A stretch of DNA of 64,000 nt from an uncultured Oscillospiraceae bacterium (GCA_947628315.1 CANQZJ010000003.1:7607-71606), one strand, 5' to 3'; positions 18,790 through 29,594 are shown, numbered from the stretch's first letter. Made by a program: numbers and translations. Notes: a model not told the origin generated them from the sequence alone.

Positions 18790-20883
18790 TCAGTCCGTTT
18801 CCTCTTTTCTTTTTGCAGCCCAAGCAATCCCCGAAAGCACGAAGCATACGCACGGCAAGGCCACTCCGTTGCCCCACATTTTGTACTCTGCGGCATCGGA
18901 ATACGGATCTTTCAGCCACTTGATTATCTGCTTTTGAGTCTTGGGCTTTGTCGAGCTTCCCATGACACGGCGGTGTGTTTCAAAAACATCTGTCCAGAAA
19001 TCTATATCTCCGTAGGACGGATTCTCCGTTCCGAGATCGCTGCACCACCAATCGGGAAAGCCCTGCAGCCTTGCACACTCGGTAGGCGTCAGACGGCGAA
19101 CCGTGTATTCCGGCTCTGCCTTTGCGACCGCTCCCGGTCCTTTTGCCACAAGAGTCGGCTGCAGCTCCTCAGAAACGGAAGGAGCAAACTGGGCGTTTTT
19201 CCCTTGATTCATAGCGTCACGCCCGATACCGTAAGCCACGGCGGTCGGATCTTTGAAATCCCGTGCCATGAGAGTCGGAGATTTTTCTTTTTCGACTTGC
19301 GAGTAGCTGCCCGTGGTCATGGCATATGCCACGCCGTGCCGCTCGATAGTATTAAGCGTATACATAACATCCGATTCACTGTAGCCGTCACCGTGATGTG
19401 ACGGACGGGAACCGTTGCCCTCAACAATGGCAATGCCGCCCTGATTACATCCGGGATTTCCGCCGTTCGCATCAATTGTACGGGCTGTATCGGCTTCATA
19501 AATACCGCTGTGGGGATTTGATGAAAGCATGGAGTTTGATTTATCGGAACAGATGCCGTATGCTTCCAGGACACAGTTGAAGTTGTCTTTATCCGGCATT
19601 CGCTGACTGCCGCCTGCGTTCTGTTTTGTGAGAGTGGGAGAAATTTGTCCTCCATCCCATGAACACGGCTCAAACAATGTTTGATCGTTGTTGCAAGACA
19701 ATGTTGCGGATTTATCCTCCTGGATAAGAGCACCTTTGCCTCCGCCTTCACAGCCCGAGCGGATCTTCAGAAGAAGCGGTACATTGTTTCCACCGGTACC
19801 CATACGTGTGGTCAGAGTCTGCACCGTGCCGTCCTCGGAAATCTTAATTCGGCTGTCAGCAGAATGATTTTCGAGAGCGATAGCCGCAGGTACCGTACCG
19901 GCACGCAGCGTCGGTGACTTTTCTTCTTCATATCCGATAGTTCTTGCCTTTGCCGAATGCTCTGTGCAGAAGCCTGCCGACTCCATCACACAGGGCGGAT
20001 GATGAGCTTCGGCTCTGAGAGTTGCGGTCACTTCCTCGGTCACATCCATACGGTTGCCGCCTTGATCGTTCAGAATGATTCCGTTTCTGCCTGTACTCAT
20101 TCCGCAGTTTGCACCGAGAGTAGCGGAAACATCATCGGTCAGACTGCCGTTGTATCCGTCGAAGCCTGACGCATCAGTGCCAGCTTCAGCACTCTCGGCA
20201 GCTCCTTTCCACGGACGGAAGCCCTGCGGAGTATACCCAGACAGGCTTTCTGACTCAAATAATATTTGCTCGGCACTCCGACCTGCAAAATCTGCGACAA
20301 GGTAGATCCTGCGGCGGCGTTGGGGTACTCCCCAAAATTGAGCGTCGAGTGTTCGCCAGGCGACAGAGTAATCGTCTGCCACGATGCTTCCGGCATAATC
20401 CCATTTACCTTTCGGAGGTTCAGGAATAACCGCGTCTGTATCTTTGACCGAGCAGACCGCTTCGAGGACGGATCTGAAATCCTGTCCTTTGTTTGAAGAG
20501 AATGCCCCGGGGACATTTTCCCAAACGATGTATCGGGGTTTTTCGTCATTTGTTGCACGCCTCATTTCTTTTACGATTCGGATAGCTTCATAAAAAAGAT
20601 TTGAGTGGGAACCGTCCAGCCCCGCCCGTTTGCCTGCCACGCTCATATCCTGGCAGGGTGAACCGAAGGTGATAATATCCACCGGCTCTATTTCACTGCC
20701 GTGTATTTTTGAAACATCTCCGTAATGCTTCATAAACGGCATTCGTTTTGTAGTAACTCTTATCGGGAACGGCTCTATCTCCGAAGTCCATAAAGGCTTT
20801 ATGCCGGAAAGAAGTCCACCCAAAGGAAAGCCCCCGGAGCCGTCAAACAGACTGCCGAGGGTAAGCGTATCAGTTGTCTGCAT
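18790..20883 (-). CDS. Phage DNA (cytosine-5)-methyltransferase with long variable region
   Basis: LFDGSGG, GSPCQD, WENVPG, QRRRR, RRLTPTECARLQGFPD, GNGV. Confidence 0.92.
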   Translation of the reverse strand: MQTTDTLTLGSLFDGSGGFPLGGLLSGIKPLWTSEIEPFPIRVTTKRMPFMKHYGDVSKIHGSEIEPVDIITFGSPCQDMSVAGKRAGLDGSHSNLFYEAIRIVKEMRRATNDEKPRYIVWENVPGAFSSNKGQDFRSVLEAVCSVKDTDAVIPEPPKGKWDYAGSIVADDYSVAWRTLDAQFWGVPQRRRRIYLVADFAGRSAEQILFESESLSGYTPQGFRPWKGAAESAEAGTDASGFDGYNGSLTDDVSATLGANCGMSTGRNGIILNDQGGNRMDVTEEVTATLRAEAHHPPCVMESAGFCTEHSAKARTIGYEEEKSPTLRAGTVPAAIALENHSADSRIKISEDGTVQTLTTRMGTGGNNVPLLLKIRSGCEGGGKGALIQEDKSATLSCNNDQTLFEPCSWDGGQISPTLTKQNAGGSQRMPDKDNFNCVLEAYGICSDKSNSMLSSNPHSGIYEADTARTIDANGGNPGCNQGGIAIVEGNGSRPSHHGDGYSESDVMYTLNTIERHGVAYAMTTGSYSQVEKEKSPTLMARDFKDPTAVAYGIGRDAMNQGKNAQFAPSVSEELQPTLVAKGPGAVAKAEPEYTVRRLTPTECARLQGFPDWWCSDLGTENPSYGDIDFWTDVFETHRRVMGSSTKPKTQKQIIKWLKDPYSDAAEYKMWGNGVALPCVCFVLSGIAWAAKRKEETD

Positions 20884-22105
20884 CGGTGACCTCCTCATAA
20901 GTATAGGTCCTGCCGTCACGTATAACGGATACATTTTCACTCGAACCGACCTGCTCGATATATCTGTTTACAATTACATCGCAGTATTTTTCATCAAGTT
21001 CTATTGTTTTGCATATACGGTCGGTCTGTTCACAAGCAATGAGCGTAGAGCCGCTTCCGCCAAAGGGGTCAAGCACGACCGCATTGCTGAGTGTTGAGTT
21101 GTTTATGGGATATGCAAGAAGCGGTATCGGCTTCATGGTCGGGTGGTCTCCGTTTTTCTTGGGTTTGTCGAACTCCCAAATGGTGGATTCCTTCCGTCCG
21201 GTGTACCACTGATGTTTGCCTTTTTTCTTCCAACCGAAGAGGACAGGCTCATGCTGCCACTGGTATGGAGAGCGTCCGAGAACAAGAGACTGCTTCTTCC
21301 AGATACAGCAGCCGGATAAATAAAAACCCGCATCGGCAAAAGCCCTGCGGAAGTTCAGACCTTCGGTATCCGAGTGAAACACATAAATGCTGCCGTCATC
21401 CGCAAGCACCGAAGCCATATTCTTAAACGCTGCGAGAAGAAACTCATAGAATTTTTCGTCCGCCATATTGTCGTTTTTGATTTTGCCTGCCGAACCCTCG
21501 TAGTTGACATTATACGGAGGGTCGGTTATGACAAGATTCGCTTTGACTCCGCCCATAAGCGATGTATAGGTACTCGGATCGGTCGAGTCACCGCATACGA
21601 GTGTATGTCTGCCGAGCGTCCATATATCTCCGGCTTTGCTGAAGGCGGGCTTCTGAAGTTCGGCTTCCACATCGAAGTCATCTTCTTTTGCTTCATCGGC
21701 AGGAAAGAGATCGACAAGCTCTTTTTCATCAAAGCCCGTCATGCCGAGGTCGTATCCCATTTCTTCGAGAGCTTCCAATTCGACTCTGAGCATTTCCTCG
21801 TCCCATCCGGCATCAAGAGTCATGCGGTTGTCCGCAAGGATATATGCTTTTTTCTGAGCTTCGGTCAGATGATCTACGAAAACACACGGTACTTCCGTTA
21901 TGCCTTCTTCACGGGCTGCGGCAATTCTGCCGTGACCCGCAATGACATTAAAATCTCTGTCAATGATCACGGGATTTACGAATCCGAACTCACGCAGAGA
22001 AGAACGCAGCTTTCTGATCTGCTCCGGGGAGTGTGTTCGTGCGTTGTTCTGATACGGTATCAGTTTTGCAACGGGGACGAGCTGCATTTCGTTTGTTGTT
22101 TTCAT
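20870..22105 (-). CDS. ParB-N domain + N6/N4 DNA methyltransferase
   Basis: NNARTH..AGHGR, TDPPY, HPTMKP, DPFGGSGST. Confidence 0.92.
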   Translation of the reverse strand: MKTTNEMQLVPVAKLIPYQNNARTHSPEQIRKLRSSLREFGFVNPVIIDRDFNVIAGHGRIAAAREEGITEVPCVFVDHLTEAQKKAYILADNRMTLDAGWDEEMLRVELEALEEMGYDLGMTGFDEKELVDLFPADEAKEDDFDVEAELQKPAFSKAGDIWTLGRHTLVCGDSTDPSTYTSLMGGVKANLVITDPPYNVNYEGSAGKIKNDNMADEKFYEFLLAAFKNMASVLADDGSIYVFHSDTEGLNFRRAFADAGFYLSGCCIWKKQSLVLGRSPYQWQHEPVLFGWKKKGKHQWYTGRKESTIWEFDKPKKNGDHPTMKPIPLLAYPINNSTLSNAVVLDPFGGSGSTLIACEQTDRICKTIELDEKYCDVIVNRYIEQVGSSENVSVIRDGRTYTYEEVTDADN

Positions 22106-22887
22106 CAGACAAGCCCCCATTCCGCAAACTTCTCAAAGCCGCCGACCGATTTTATATATTCACGAGCAGTCTCTACGATATTTTCATACGGCAGACCGTC
22201 GATAAAATCGTCACCGATGGCACAGCACAGCTCTACCGGACTGCGTGTTTTCTGTGCTTTGGGAAAAGCATAAATATTTACGGAAACATCGGCCTTTGAC
22301 AGATCTTTTCCGTGCAGACCGCCGCCCGTAACGCTGTCTGCCATGTCGCTGCCGAGCTTACGGTTGGCAGCTCCCGTATCGACATCGGTGCCGCCTGTCC
22401 AGTCACCGAGGGGATTTATCTCCGCATTAGGGAACGCCCAGAGCAGTTCGCTCTTTTCGGCATTGCTCTGACAGATGATAAGGCGGTCATCGTTTTTTAT
22501 GTATTTGCCGTCATAGGGATATTTTGAATATATGCGGTGAGCGATTGCAGACAGCTCTCTCTGTTCCTCAGTAACGGGCATACCCTTAAAAATACCGTTA
22601 TCTCCGCAGCGGATACCTTCAGCCTGATTGTCCGAAAGGTGTTTGTCCTGCGGTACGATTTTAACATCGGTCCTCATTCTTCCGGCAATGCGGTGAATGG
22701 CCGATATTATATCCGTTTTTGATATTTTTGCGTTTGTTTCTATTACAGCCGAGCAATTGCCGTGACCTATCAATACCTCGACCGCTATCTTCGGGTTTTC
22801 TTCCGCTTTGTATGCGAGATCTACGATAGCACCGGCAATTCTATCTGCTACTTTATCCGGGTGTGATGGATTAACTTTTTCAAACAT
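22105..22887 (-). CDS. metK: Phage S-adenosylmethionine synthetase-like protein (short)
   Basis: EKVNPSHPDKVAD, GDNG, GGGLHGKDLSKAD. Confidence 0.85.
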   Translation of the reverse strand: MFEKVNPSHPDKVADRIAGAIVDLAYKAEENPKIAVEVLIGHGNCSAVIETNAKISKTDIISAIHRIAGRMRTDVKIVPQDKHLSDNQAEGIRCGDNGIFKGMPVTEEQRELSAIAHRIYSKYPYDGKYIKNDDRLIICQSNAEKSELLWAFPNAEINPLGDWTGGTDVDTGAANRKLGSDMADSVTGGGLHGKDLSKADVSVNIYAFPKAQKTRSPVELCCAIGDDFIDGLPYENIVETAREYIKSVGGFEKFAEWGLV

Positions 22888-22888
22888 A

Positions 22889-23440
22889 TCATTTTCCTTT
22901 CCGAGCGGTAAGAAGCCGCTCCATCAAGTCGTCCTGCAGGTTTGCTCCGCTGTATTCCGTAGAGCAGTTCTCCTTGACGATCTGATAAATTTCATTCCAG
23001 AGCCTGTTAGCCTGGTTCATATAGTTGATGCCGATATTGATAAAAGGAGACGGTATCGGCTTGCCTGTTGTGGGATGCTTTGAGAGATAACCGAGATTTG
23101 AAGTCATCTCCTCGCATTGGATCCATCTGGCGGCACACATGGCATACCGCTCCAAAAGCTGCGGAGATACCACAGCCGTGCATCCTATGGATTTGAGCCA
23201 GTTCCATGTTTCCTCGTAAATTTCCTTTGCCTGAAGCTGACTGCCGTTATGCTGTTCGGCAGATAAAAAGTCGTGAGGTTTCGGCATTTCCTCTCCATTT
23301 ATATCGGGAATGTCCAGAACCTTGAGCGTCTTGCCTCCGGGATTTCCGGCTTCGACTTTTTCGGTCAAGGCTTTTTTCTTTCGGCCGGCACCCAGTCTTG
23401 CACCGCCTTTGCCGCCCGTGTTATTCGATTTTGTCGGCAC
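22889..23440 (-). CDS. terS: Terminase small subunit (P27 family)
   Basis: GTG start; GGARLGAGRKKK, ERYAM..ARWIQCE, HPTTG. Confidence 0.85.
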   Translation of the reverse strand: MPTKSNNTGGKGGARLGAGRKKKALTEKVEAGNPGGKTLKVLDIPDINGEEMPKPHDFLSAEQHNGSQLQAKEIYEETWNWLKSIGCTAVVSPQLLERYAMCAARWIQCEEMTSNLGYLSKHPTTGKPIPSPFINIGINYMNQANRLWNEIYQIVKENCSTEYSGANLQDDLMERLLTARKGK

Positions 23441-23516
23441 ACTCTCACCGTCCTTTCGAGGTTGAAATATTTGTAAATTTGGAGTACAATATAAAAAAAG
23501 AAATGAGTGATGATCT

Positions 23517-23837
23517 ATGAAAATAAATATTAAGAAGGTTTTAAGCATTGGTACAGGCTTGCTGACGGTCGCAATATCGATTTTTACGCTTTTTAGAAAT
23601 AAAGATGATTTTGCTGATTTTCTGAAAAATGCTACCGATGAAGAATTGGAAGTCGAAAGGGAAAAAATCAGACTTGATTTTTGCAATCCAAATCTTGATG
23701 AGGATTATCGCATCAGCTGTCAAAATAAGCTGAAAGCCTTTGACTCTGAAATGAGCAAGAGAGCTTGGGGCGATAAAGAATCTCATGCTCCCACTTATCA
23801 CCGAGAGCATGGCTGGTATTTGCCAAACGATGACTAA
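23517..23837 (+). CDS. Moron, hypothetical protein with N-terminal membrane anchor
   Basis: Antisense AT-rich ORF ending HREHGWYLPNDD. Confidence 0.7.
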   Translation: MKINIKKVLSIGTGLLTVAISIFTLFRNKDDFADFLKNATDEELEVEREKIRLDFCNPNLDEDYRISCQNKLKAFDSEMSKRAWGDKESHAPTYHREHGWYLPNDD

Positions 23838-23879
23838 TATGCAGCAATCACCGTCACAGAAATGCGGCGGTTCTTAATT

Positions 23880-23968
23880 ACCCTTTTGATTTCACCGTTT
23901 TTGTACGCAAAGCCCCACGCCGCTGTCCGCATTGATCAGTCCCGGAGATTTTGACCGGCCCTGGGGGT
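23880..23968. other. Probable cos/packaging region
   Basis: GC-rich TTTGACCGGCCCTGGGGGT just after the HNH gene and upstream of terS, the usual cos position in HK97-like phages. Confidence 0.45.
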
Positions 23969-24318
23969 CACTTTCTGTCGCCCATTTCAATATGTATCTT
24001 TGTGTGACACGATTGGCATAGGCTCATCAGGTTGCTTTCTCTGTGATCTCCGCCTTTGCTGATCGGCAGGATATGATGTACTTCGTCAACGGGCGTGTAT
24101 CTGCCTTCCTCAAGACAGCGTTCACATAAAGGATGAGCTGCAGCGTATCTGTCTCTGATCCGTTTCCACGCTCTGCCGTACTTTTTGTTGCTGTCGGGAG
24201 AGCGTTCATATTTGTTGTAGGCACTACGCGCGGCTTTCCTGTGTTCCTCACAATAAGGTTCATTGGAGAGCCGTCTGCATCCGGGGTATCGGCACGGGCG
24301 TTTCGGTTTGCTCGGCAT
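23968..24318 (-). CDS. HNH endonuclease (packaging-associated)
   Basis: HPLCERC, VHHILP..GG.H..SNLMSLCQSCH. Confidence 0.92.
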   Translation of the reverse strand: MPSKPKRPCRYPGCRRLSNEPYCEEHRKAARSAYNKYERSPDSNKKYGRAWKRIRDRYAAAHPLCERCLEEGRYTPVDEVHHILPISKGGDHRESNLMSLCQSCHTKIHIEMGDRK

Positions 24319-24456
24319 CGTTTCACCTCGCTTTCGGGCATAAAGAAAGACCCACACGGACGGATGTGTCCGCATGAGTCTTCATCTGTGTGCACTTTTT
24401 CATACTACCATTATAGCTCTTTTCTATGTGCCAAACTACGGCAAAGCGTGCCAACT

Positions 24457-24867
24457 TTATTCCGGCATCGGAAAATTTCTCAATGCAGAGGCGTGAATAC
24501 GGTGTACCGTCCTGTCGGAGACACAAAGCATGGAGGCAATCTGCTCCCATGTATGGTTGTCAAGATAGCGGTAGGTCAGAAGCAATCGCTCCTCACGGTT
24601 TTCCACCTTTTCGAGGGATTCCGTAATCTTCTTTTTCAGGATCACCAGATTACAGAGCTCACGGTGAATCTTCTCTTCCATTTCCATTATGTCATCAAGA
24701 TAGCGGACGAACGGCGGGTCGGGATTCCTTGACGTCTGCACACGCTCACCGAAATTCGGACCGGATATCCGTGTTGCCAGATCGCGGAGTCTTTCCAGTT
24801 CCTCGACATCCGAATCGATCAGTTCATTCAACCTGTATGCCTGTTGCAGATATTCTTTTGCTGTCAT
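24457..24867 (-). CDS. DUF1492/ArpU-like late transcription regulator
   Basis: MTAKEYLQQAY..., RY...WEQIA..HTH. Confidence 0.8.
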   Translation of the reverse strand: MTAKEYLQQAYRLNELIDSDVEELERLRDLATRISGPNFGERVQTSRNPDPPFVRYLDDIMEMEEKIHRELCNLVILKKKITESLEKVENREERLLLTYRYLDNHTWEQIASMLCVSDRTVHRIHASALRNFPMPE

Positions 24868-24926
24868 ATTGTAATCCTCCGAAATATATAAGATTTCCTC
24901 GGATTGACTCTGATTGGCGTTGGTTT

Positions 24927-26297
24927 TCATTTGTCCAGCTCCGCTTTGACTGCCGCTATCAAAGCGGACTGAGTTTTATCTTTGGTTTCAAGCGCTTCCA
25001 AAATCTGATTGTCGATTGTTCCTTCGGTGACGATGTGCCAGATAATGACCGTTGCGCTTTGCTGTCCCTGCCGCCACAGTCTCGCCACCGTCTGCTGATA
25101 CAGTTCAAGGCTCCAGGTCAGCCCGAACCACACCAGCGTATTGCCTCCGCTTTGCAGATTCAGACCGTGTCCGGCCGACGCCGGATGGATCAGGGCGACG
25201 GGCAGTTCGCCGTTATTCCATCTGCGGATACTCGCTTCCGTATCGAGCCGCGAAAACGGGATGTGCTGCTGATGAAGCCGTTCGACAATTCTGTCATAGT
25301 CGTGCTTGAACCAGTAGGCAACCAGGAGCGGTCGGCCATTCATGCTCTCAATAATGTCTTCAAGAGCGTCGAGTTTTCTGCCGTGGAGCGGTATGACCTC
25401 CTGCTTGTCGGTGTAAATCGCGCCGTTCGCCATCTGGCAGAGCTTGTTTGAAAGTGCGGCGGCGTTTGCTGCTGTGATCTCCCCGTCCGGCATTTGAAGA
25501 ATCAGATTTTTTCGCATATCATCGTATTGCCGCTTTTCATCGTCCGACAAGTGAACGGTGTATTCAGATGAAATGAGTTCCGGCATATCCAGATGATCGG
25601 CTGCGTTCATGGATATCGTAATGTCCGAGATTTTCTCGTATATCCTCTCTTCCGCTCCGGGGAGCGGTTTATATGAATAGACGATTTGGCCGTTCATCTT
25701 GTTGGGTCTGAAATAGTCTGTTCTGTACGCGCCGATGAACCTTCCGAGCCGTTTACCCATATCCAGCAGCCGGAACTCCGCCCACAGATCCATCAATCCG
25801 TTTGTCGCCGGAGTACCTGTCAAACCTACGACACGCTTTGCCTTTGGTCTGACCTTCATCAAGGCTCTGAACCTTTTTGACTGGTGGTTTTTGAAGGATG
25901 ACAGCTCGTCGATCACGACCATATCGGAATCAAACGGCAGTTCGCTCTTTTCAACAAGCCACTGAACGTTTTCGCGGTTGATGATGTAGATGTCGGATTT
26001 TGTATTCAGCGCAGTAATGCGTTCCTGTTCCGTACCGACCGCGACGCTGTATTTGAGTCCACTTAAATGATCCCACTTTTTGATTTCATCACTCCATGTG
26101 GTTTTCGCGACTCTGAGCGGCGCGACAATGAGGGCTTTCCGGATTTCAAAGCGGTCGAACAGCAGGTCGTTTAACGCTGTCAGTGTAATTACCGTTTTTC
26201 CTTAACCGAGGCCCATATCAAGGAAAATCGCGGCGATTGGATTGTTTTCAACATAATCAATCGCGTAACGCTGATAACCGTGCGGTATGAACTTCAT
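24927..26297 (-). CDS. SNF2-family helicase interrupted by an in-frame TAA in Walker A (DMGLG*GKT)
   Basis: ATG 26297 MKFIPHGYQ...; TAA 26202-26204; DELS, LTGTP, GHGLNLQ, QTVARLWRQGQ all in the same frame. Confidence 0.85.
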
Positions 26298-26581
26298 CCG
26301 GCATCACCTCCAATCTCTGTAAGTATTGTTTTTATCTGCTCCGCATCGTCCAGCACATACACCTTGAATCCCAGCCTTCGCAGCATACGGTGTCTGGCTG
26401 CCTGCAAATGTCGCGGTGCCTTGCCGGGCTGCTTGATCTCAACAAAGCCGATGCGTCCACCCGGCAAAAGAACCATGCGGTCGGGCATTCCGTCAAAACC
26501 TGGGCTGACGAGTTTTATCGCGATGCCGCCCATATGTTTCGCGGCTTTTATGAGCTTTTGTTCGATTACTTTTTCTCTCAT
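26294..26581 (-). CDS. VRR-NUC domain protein
   Basis: EKVIE..., PGFDGMPDR, FVEIK. Confidence 0.9.
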   Translation of the reverse strand: MREKVIEQKLIKAAKHMGGIAIKLVSPGFDGMPDRMVLLPGGRIGFVEIKQPGKAPRHLQAARHRMLRRLGFKVYVLDDAEQIKTILTEIGGDAG

Positions 26582-26715
26582 AACGATCCTCCATCAGAGA
26601 TTAGAGTGGGTAGTGACAGTCAATGGCAGTCATTTCCGTAACTTTTCTTAGGACTTGTTTTTTTAGGCTATAAGAATAGTTTCTGTACAGACCGTCATAG
26701 ACTGTCACCATTGGT

Positions 26716-28977
26716 TCAATCAAGGAAGTCCGACTTGAGCTGCAGGCCTAAAATCAGCCGTGACGATTTGATTCTTTTCCTTTCAAAGCCGGCACATTCA
26801 AGCGCAGTATAGAAATCCGTTGTGCTGCGGATATAGTCACCCACCTGCATGCAGTAGCTACGGTATGCGTTGTAAATCTCTCCAGATTTAGCGCTAATAC
26901 CTTCGGAAATCTCACAGCACTCATCAAGAAACTGTGAAAGCCAGTCATTATTCTCCTTGTACTTGCGGGTTGCTTCCGTCACAACAGCTGGTTTCGCAAT
27001 ATGGTAGCCCTTTTCAATCACACGCTTCGCGCCGATTATAATCCATTTGAGTATTGCGCCTCCGGCATTCACATAAAGATACTCGGCATAATTTTTGATG
27101 TCCGAGGTACCTTCAATCCTGGCATTGAAAGGAATGACTATCAGCCTTCGCCATGTACCAGCATCAATTGCGCCGACTTTTGGCAGATGGTTTGTATAAA
27201 GTACAAGGGTGTGACTCGGCACGAAGCTGAATGGATCCTTGTATTTTTTCTCCGCATAAATCTCATCAGTGGAGCAGAGCTGCTTGACATTGGATGTGTT
27301 CAGACGCATACCTTCCTCAAGTTCTGCTGCTATAATCAGCCGTTTACCTTTTGCTTCTGCAAGTTCCGGCTTAACATTTCGCTTGCAGCCGACGGTCAAA
27401 GTATCAGCGGACATATTGCCGCTATATGTACCCAGCACACGAGCTAGCGTATTCCAGAAGGTGGATTTGCCGTTTCGGCCTTCACCATAGGAAATAATCA
27501 GTCCCTCAATGCACACCTTTCCGATAGCGGACAGCCCCGCAATCTCCTGAACATAGTCAATAAGCTCATTGTCACCGCCGAAGAAGGTGTTCAGAGCATC
27601 CTGCCAAATATCCATTCCTTCATCAGAAGGATCAACTGAAGTCTGCTTTGTAATAAAACTTTCGGGAGTGTGTTCATGTGCAGAGGAAAGACCGATACGA
27701 AGGTCATATGTTGCCGATGGAGTGTTAAGCAGGAACTCGTCTGCGTCAAGATCCCTCTGGTCAATCTCCACCATCGGGTGTACTTCCTTTAACGCGGCTG
27801 AGATATATTTTGAATCTCTGCGCTTAATAGCGTAGTTCCGGTAGGTCGTGGCATTCTCATACTTTTGAAAGGAACGAGCCTGTTCCGGGCTGAAAGCCAT
27901 AGCCGCCTTTTTCGGACCCATCGAAGCAAGCAGTTCCCATGCACCGTTCTTAATCATTTCATCGGTGACCTTCTTGATTTCGGTTTCTGCTTCTTCAAGC
28001 TGACGGGTGGTAAGCTCCTGCGCCACAGCCTGTGCCTTGGGCTTGGATTCCTCCCAGAATCGTCCGTTGTAAACAAGGAAGTCGGTAGAAGGAGAATAGC
28101 GGAGTTTGCCTTGATACTCTCTTGCCAGTACGGTGGCCTGACCTACATCTGAATAGTCGGAGGGTTTGAGTTCAAGTTCCTGATTGTACTGCTCCGGCGA
28201 AATATATCCCTCCTGTGCGGAAACCTTTTCATAAAAACGCTTTGCGCTGCGCCAAATACCGTCAAGCTCTGTCTGTTCCAGCGGCGGCTCACAGTAGCCG
28301 GCTGTTTTGATGAAGCTCTGATAAGCCTCCTCGGTGTTCCCGCAGCGTTTGAGAATTTTGCCCGCGTAGTGCGACATGGTGGCATTGCGGCTGCCTTCCG
28401 GAATGACAATGTCGCCATAGCTGCCTAAACCCATACTCGCATCGAAATCGTCATCGGCAAGGAAGGCGTTCATCGTCATGGGGCCGTTGAAAATCTCGAC
28501 ATCCGGGTTTGGCGTTCCGAAAAAGAACCTCGCCGCATCAAGCGCCTTGGTATCAAAATACGGGAAGACGGCATTGACCAGTTTTTTTAATTCGCTGTAT
28601 CCAACGGCATCGGTGATTCTGTCAATGGTGAAGAACACATGAAATTTCGGCCGTGCCGCCTTGCCGTTTTTAACCTTCATGTTGTTACGGCTGTAATGCA
28701 CCGCAAAGGCGACTCCCGGAAACGCGGCGGCAACATCGGAAGGATAAATCCAGTCTTCGGGATCGTCGCTGTGATCATTGTCGCAATCTACCGGCAGACA
28801 GTTTGAGCCGATGAAGTTATCGTTGCTGCGGTAATTGTTTTTGTATTCCGCACAGACATAATCGTGCTTTACGGCGGCAGCGAGAGTATCGGCGTCTGTG
28901 ATCGCAGCCGCATGGGGGGGGTAGAAACAGTTGGTTTCATCTCCGATACAATCAGCATGATAAATATTAAATTTCAT
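26716..28977 (-). CDS. Phage primase-helicase (PriCT + P4/D5-family SF3)
   Basis: EGSRN, GEGRNGKST, WRRL motifs. Confidence 0.92.
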   Translation of the reverse strand: MKFNIYHADCIGDETNCFYPPHAAAITDADTLAAAVKHDYVCAEYKNNYRSNDNFIGSNCLPVDCDNDHSDDPEDWIYPSDVAAAFPGVAFAVHYSRNNMKVKNGKAARPKFHVFFTIDRITDAVGYSELKKLVNAVFPYFDTKALDAARFFFGTPNPDVEIFNGPMTMNAFLADDDFDASMGLGSYGDIVIPEGSRNATMSHYAGKILKRCGNTEEAYQSFIKTAGYCEPPLEQTELDGIWRSAKRFYEKVSAQEGYISPEQYNQELELKPSDYSDVGQATVLAREYQGKLRYSPSTDFLVYNGRFWEESKPKAQAVAQELTTRQLEEAETEIKKVTDEMIKNGAWELLASMGPKKAAMAFSPEQARSFQKYENATTYRNYAIKRRDSKYISAALKEVHPMVEIDQRDLDADEFLLNTPSATYDLRIGLSSAHEHTPESFITKQTSVDPSDEGMDIWQDALNTFFGGDNELIDYVQEIAGLSAIGKVCIEGLIISYGEGRNGKSTFWNTLARVLGTYSGNMSADTLTVGCKRNVKPELAEAKGKRLIIAAELEEGMRLNTSNVKQLCSTDEIYAEKKYKDPFSFVPSHTLVLYTNHLPKVGAIDAGTWRRLIVIPFNARIEGTSDIKNYAEYLYVNAGGAILKWIIIGAKRVIEKGYHIAKPAVVTEATRKYKENNDWLSQFLDECCEISEGISAKSGEIYNAYRSYCMQVGDYIRSTTDFYTALECAGFERKRIKSSRLILGLQLKSDFLD

Positions 28978-29594
28978 AACTTCCTCCTGACCGGTAACAC
29001 CTGCGGCGTTTCTCCGAACTCAAACCTTGCCTGACGGGCAAGGTCAAAAGCTCTTCGTGTTTTCTCGTCATCTCTGTCTTCAAGATAATTTGAATCATCC
29101 CCGAAAAGTTCAAAACGGCCGTTTTTATTTATTCCGGGATGCGCAGCATAATAGTCACCGTCTATGGTTTCAAAATTGAACGGAAAGGGTCCTTCTCCAA
29201 ATCCGGGAAATCCATCGTATGCCATTTGCCTGACGTAATAGTCAGGATTAAATTGCCTCACCGTTTTCGGTATTTCAGATACGACAAGGACAGGTGTTTT
29301 TACAACATAGCAATCATTGTCTTCATAAATTCCGCTGAAACTGTATACTTTACTTGCATCATCCGACGTCATTTTACCCTTGACCTCCACAAACAAGTCG
29401 CTCGGTGCTCTTCCGTCGACACCGTGAAGCAGGAAGTCGGGCAGATACTTTTGCCCGTTTGGAAGAATATATCCTTCCGGTTCATACTCCCAACTGACTC
29501 CGCAGGCGTCAAAGAATACCGCCCACCTTGCTTCAAGACGGGAGCAAAACAAATATCCTTTATACTGTGTTTCTATCGGTTTAATTCCGTTCAT
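28974..29594 (-). CDS. PD-(D/E)XK nuclease-like phage protein
   Basis: SRLEARWAVFFD, YLPDF, VEVKG. Confidence 0.7.
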   Translation of the reverse strand: MNGIKPIETQYKGYLFCSRLEARWAVFFDACGVSWEYEPEGYILPNGQKYLPDFLLHGVDGRAPSDLFVEVKGKMTSDDASKVYSFSGIYEDNDCYVVKTPVLVVSEIPKTVRQFNPDYYVRQMAYDGFPGFGEGPFPFNFETIDGDYYAAHPGINKNGRFELFGDDSNYLEDRDDEKTRRAFDLARQARFEFGETPQVLPVRRKL

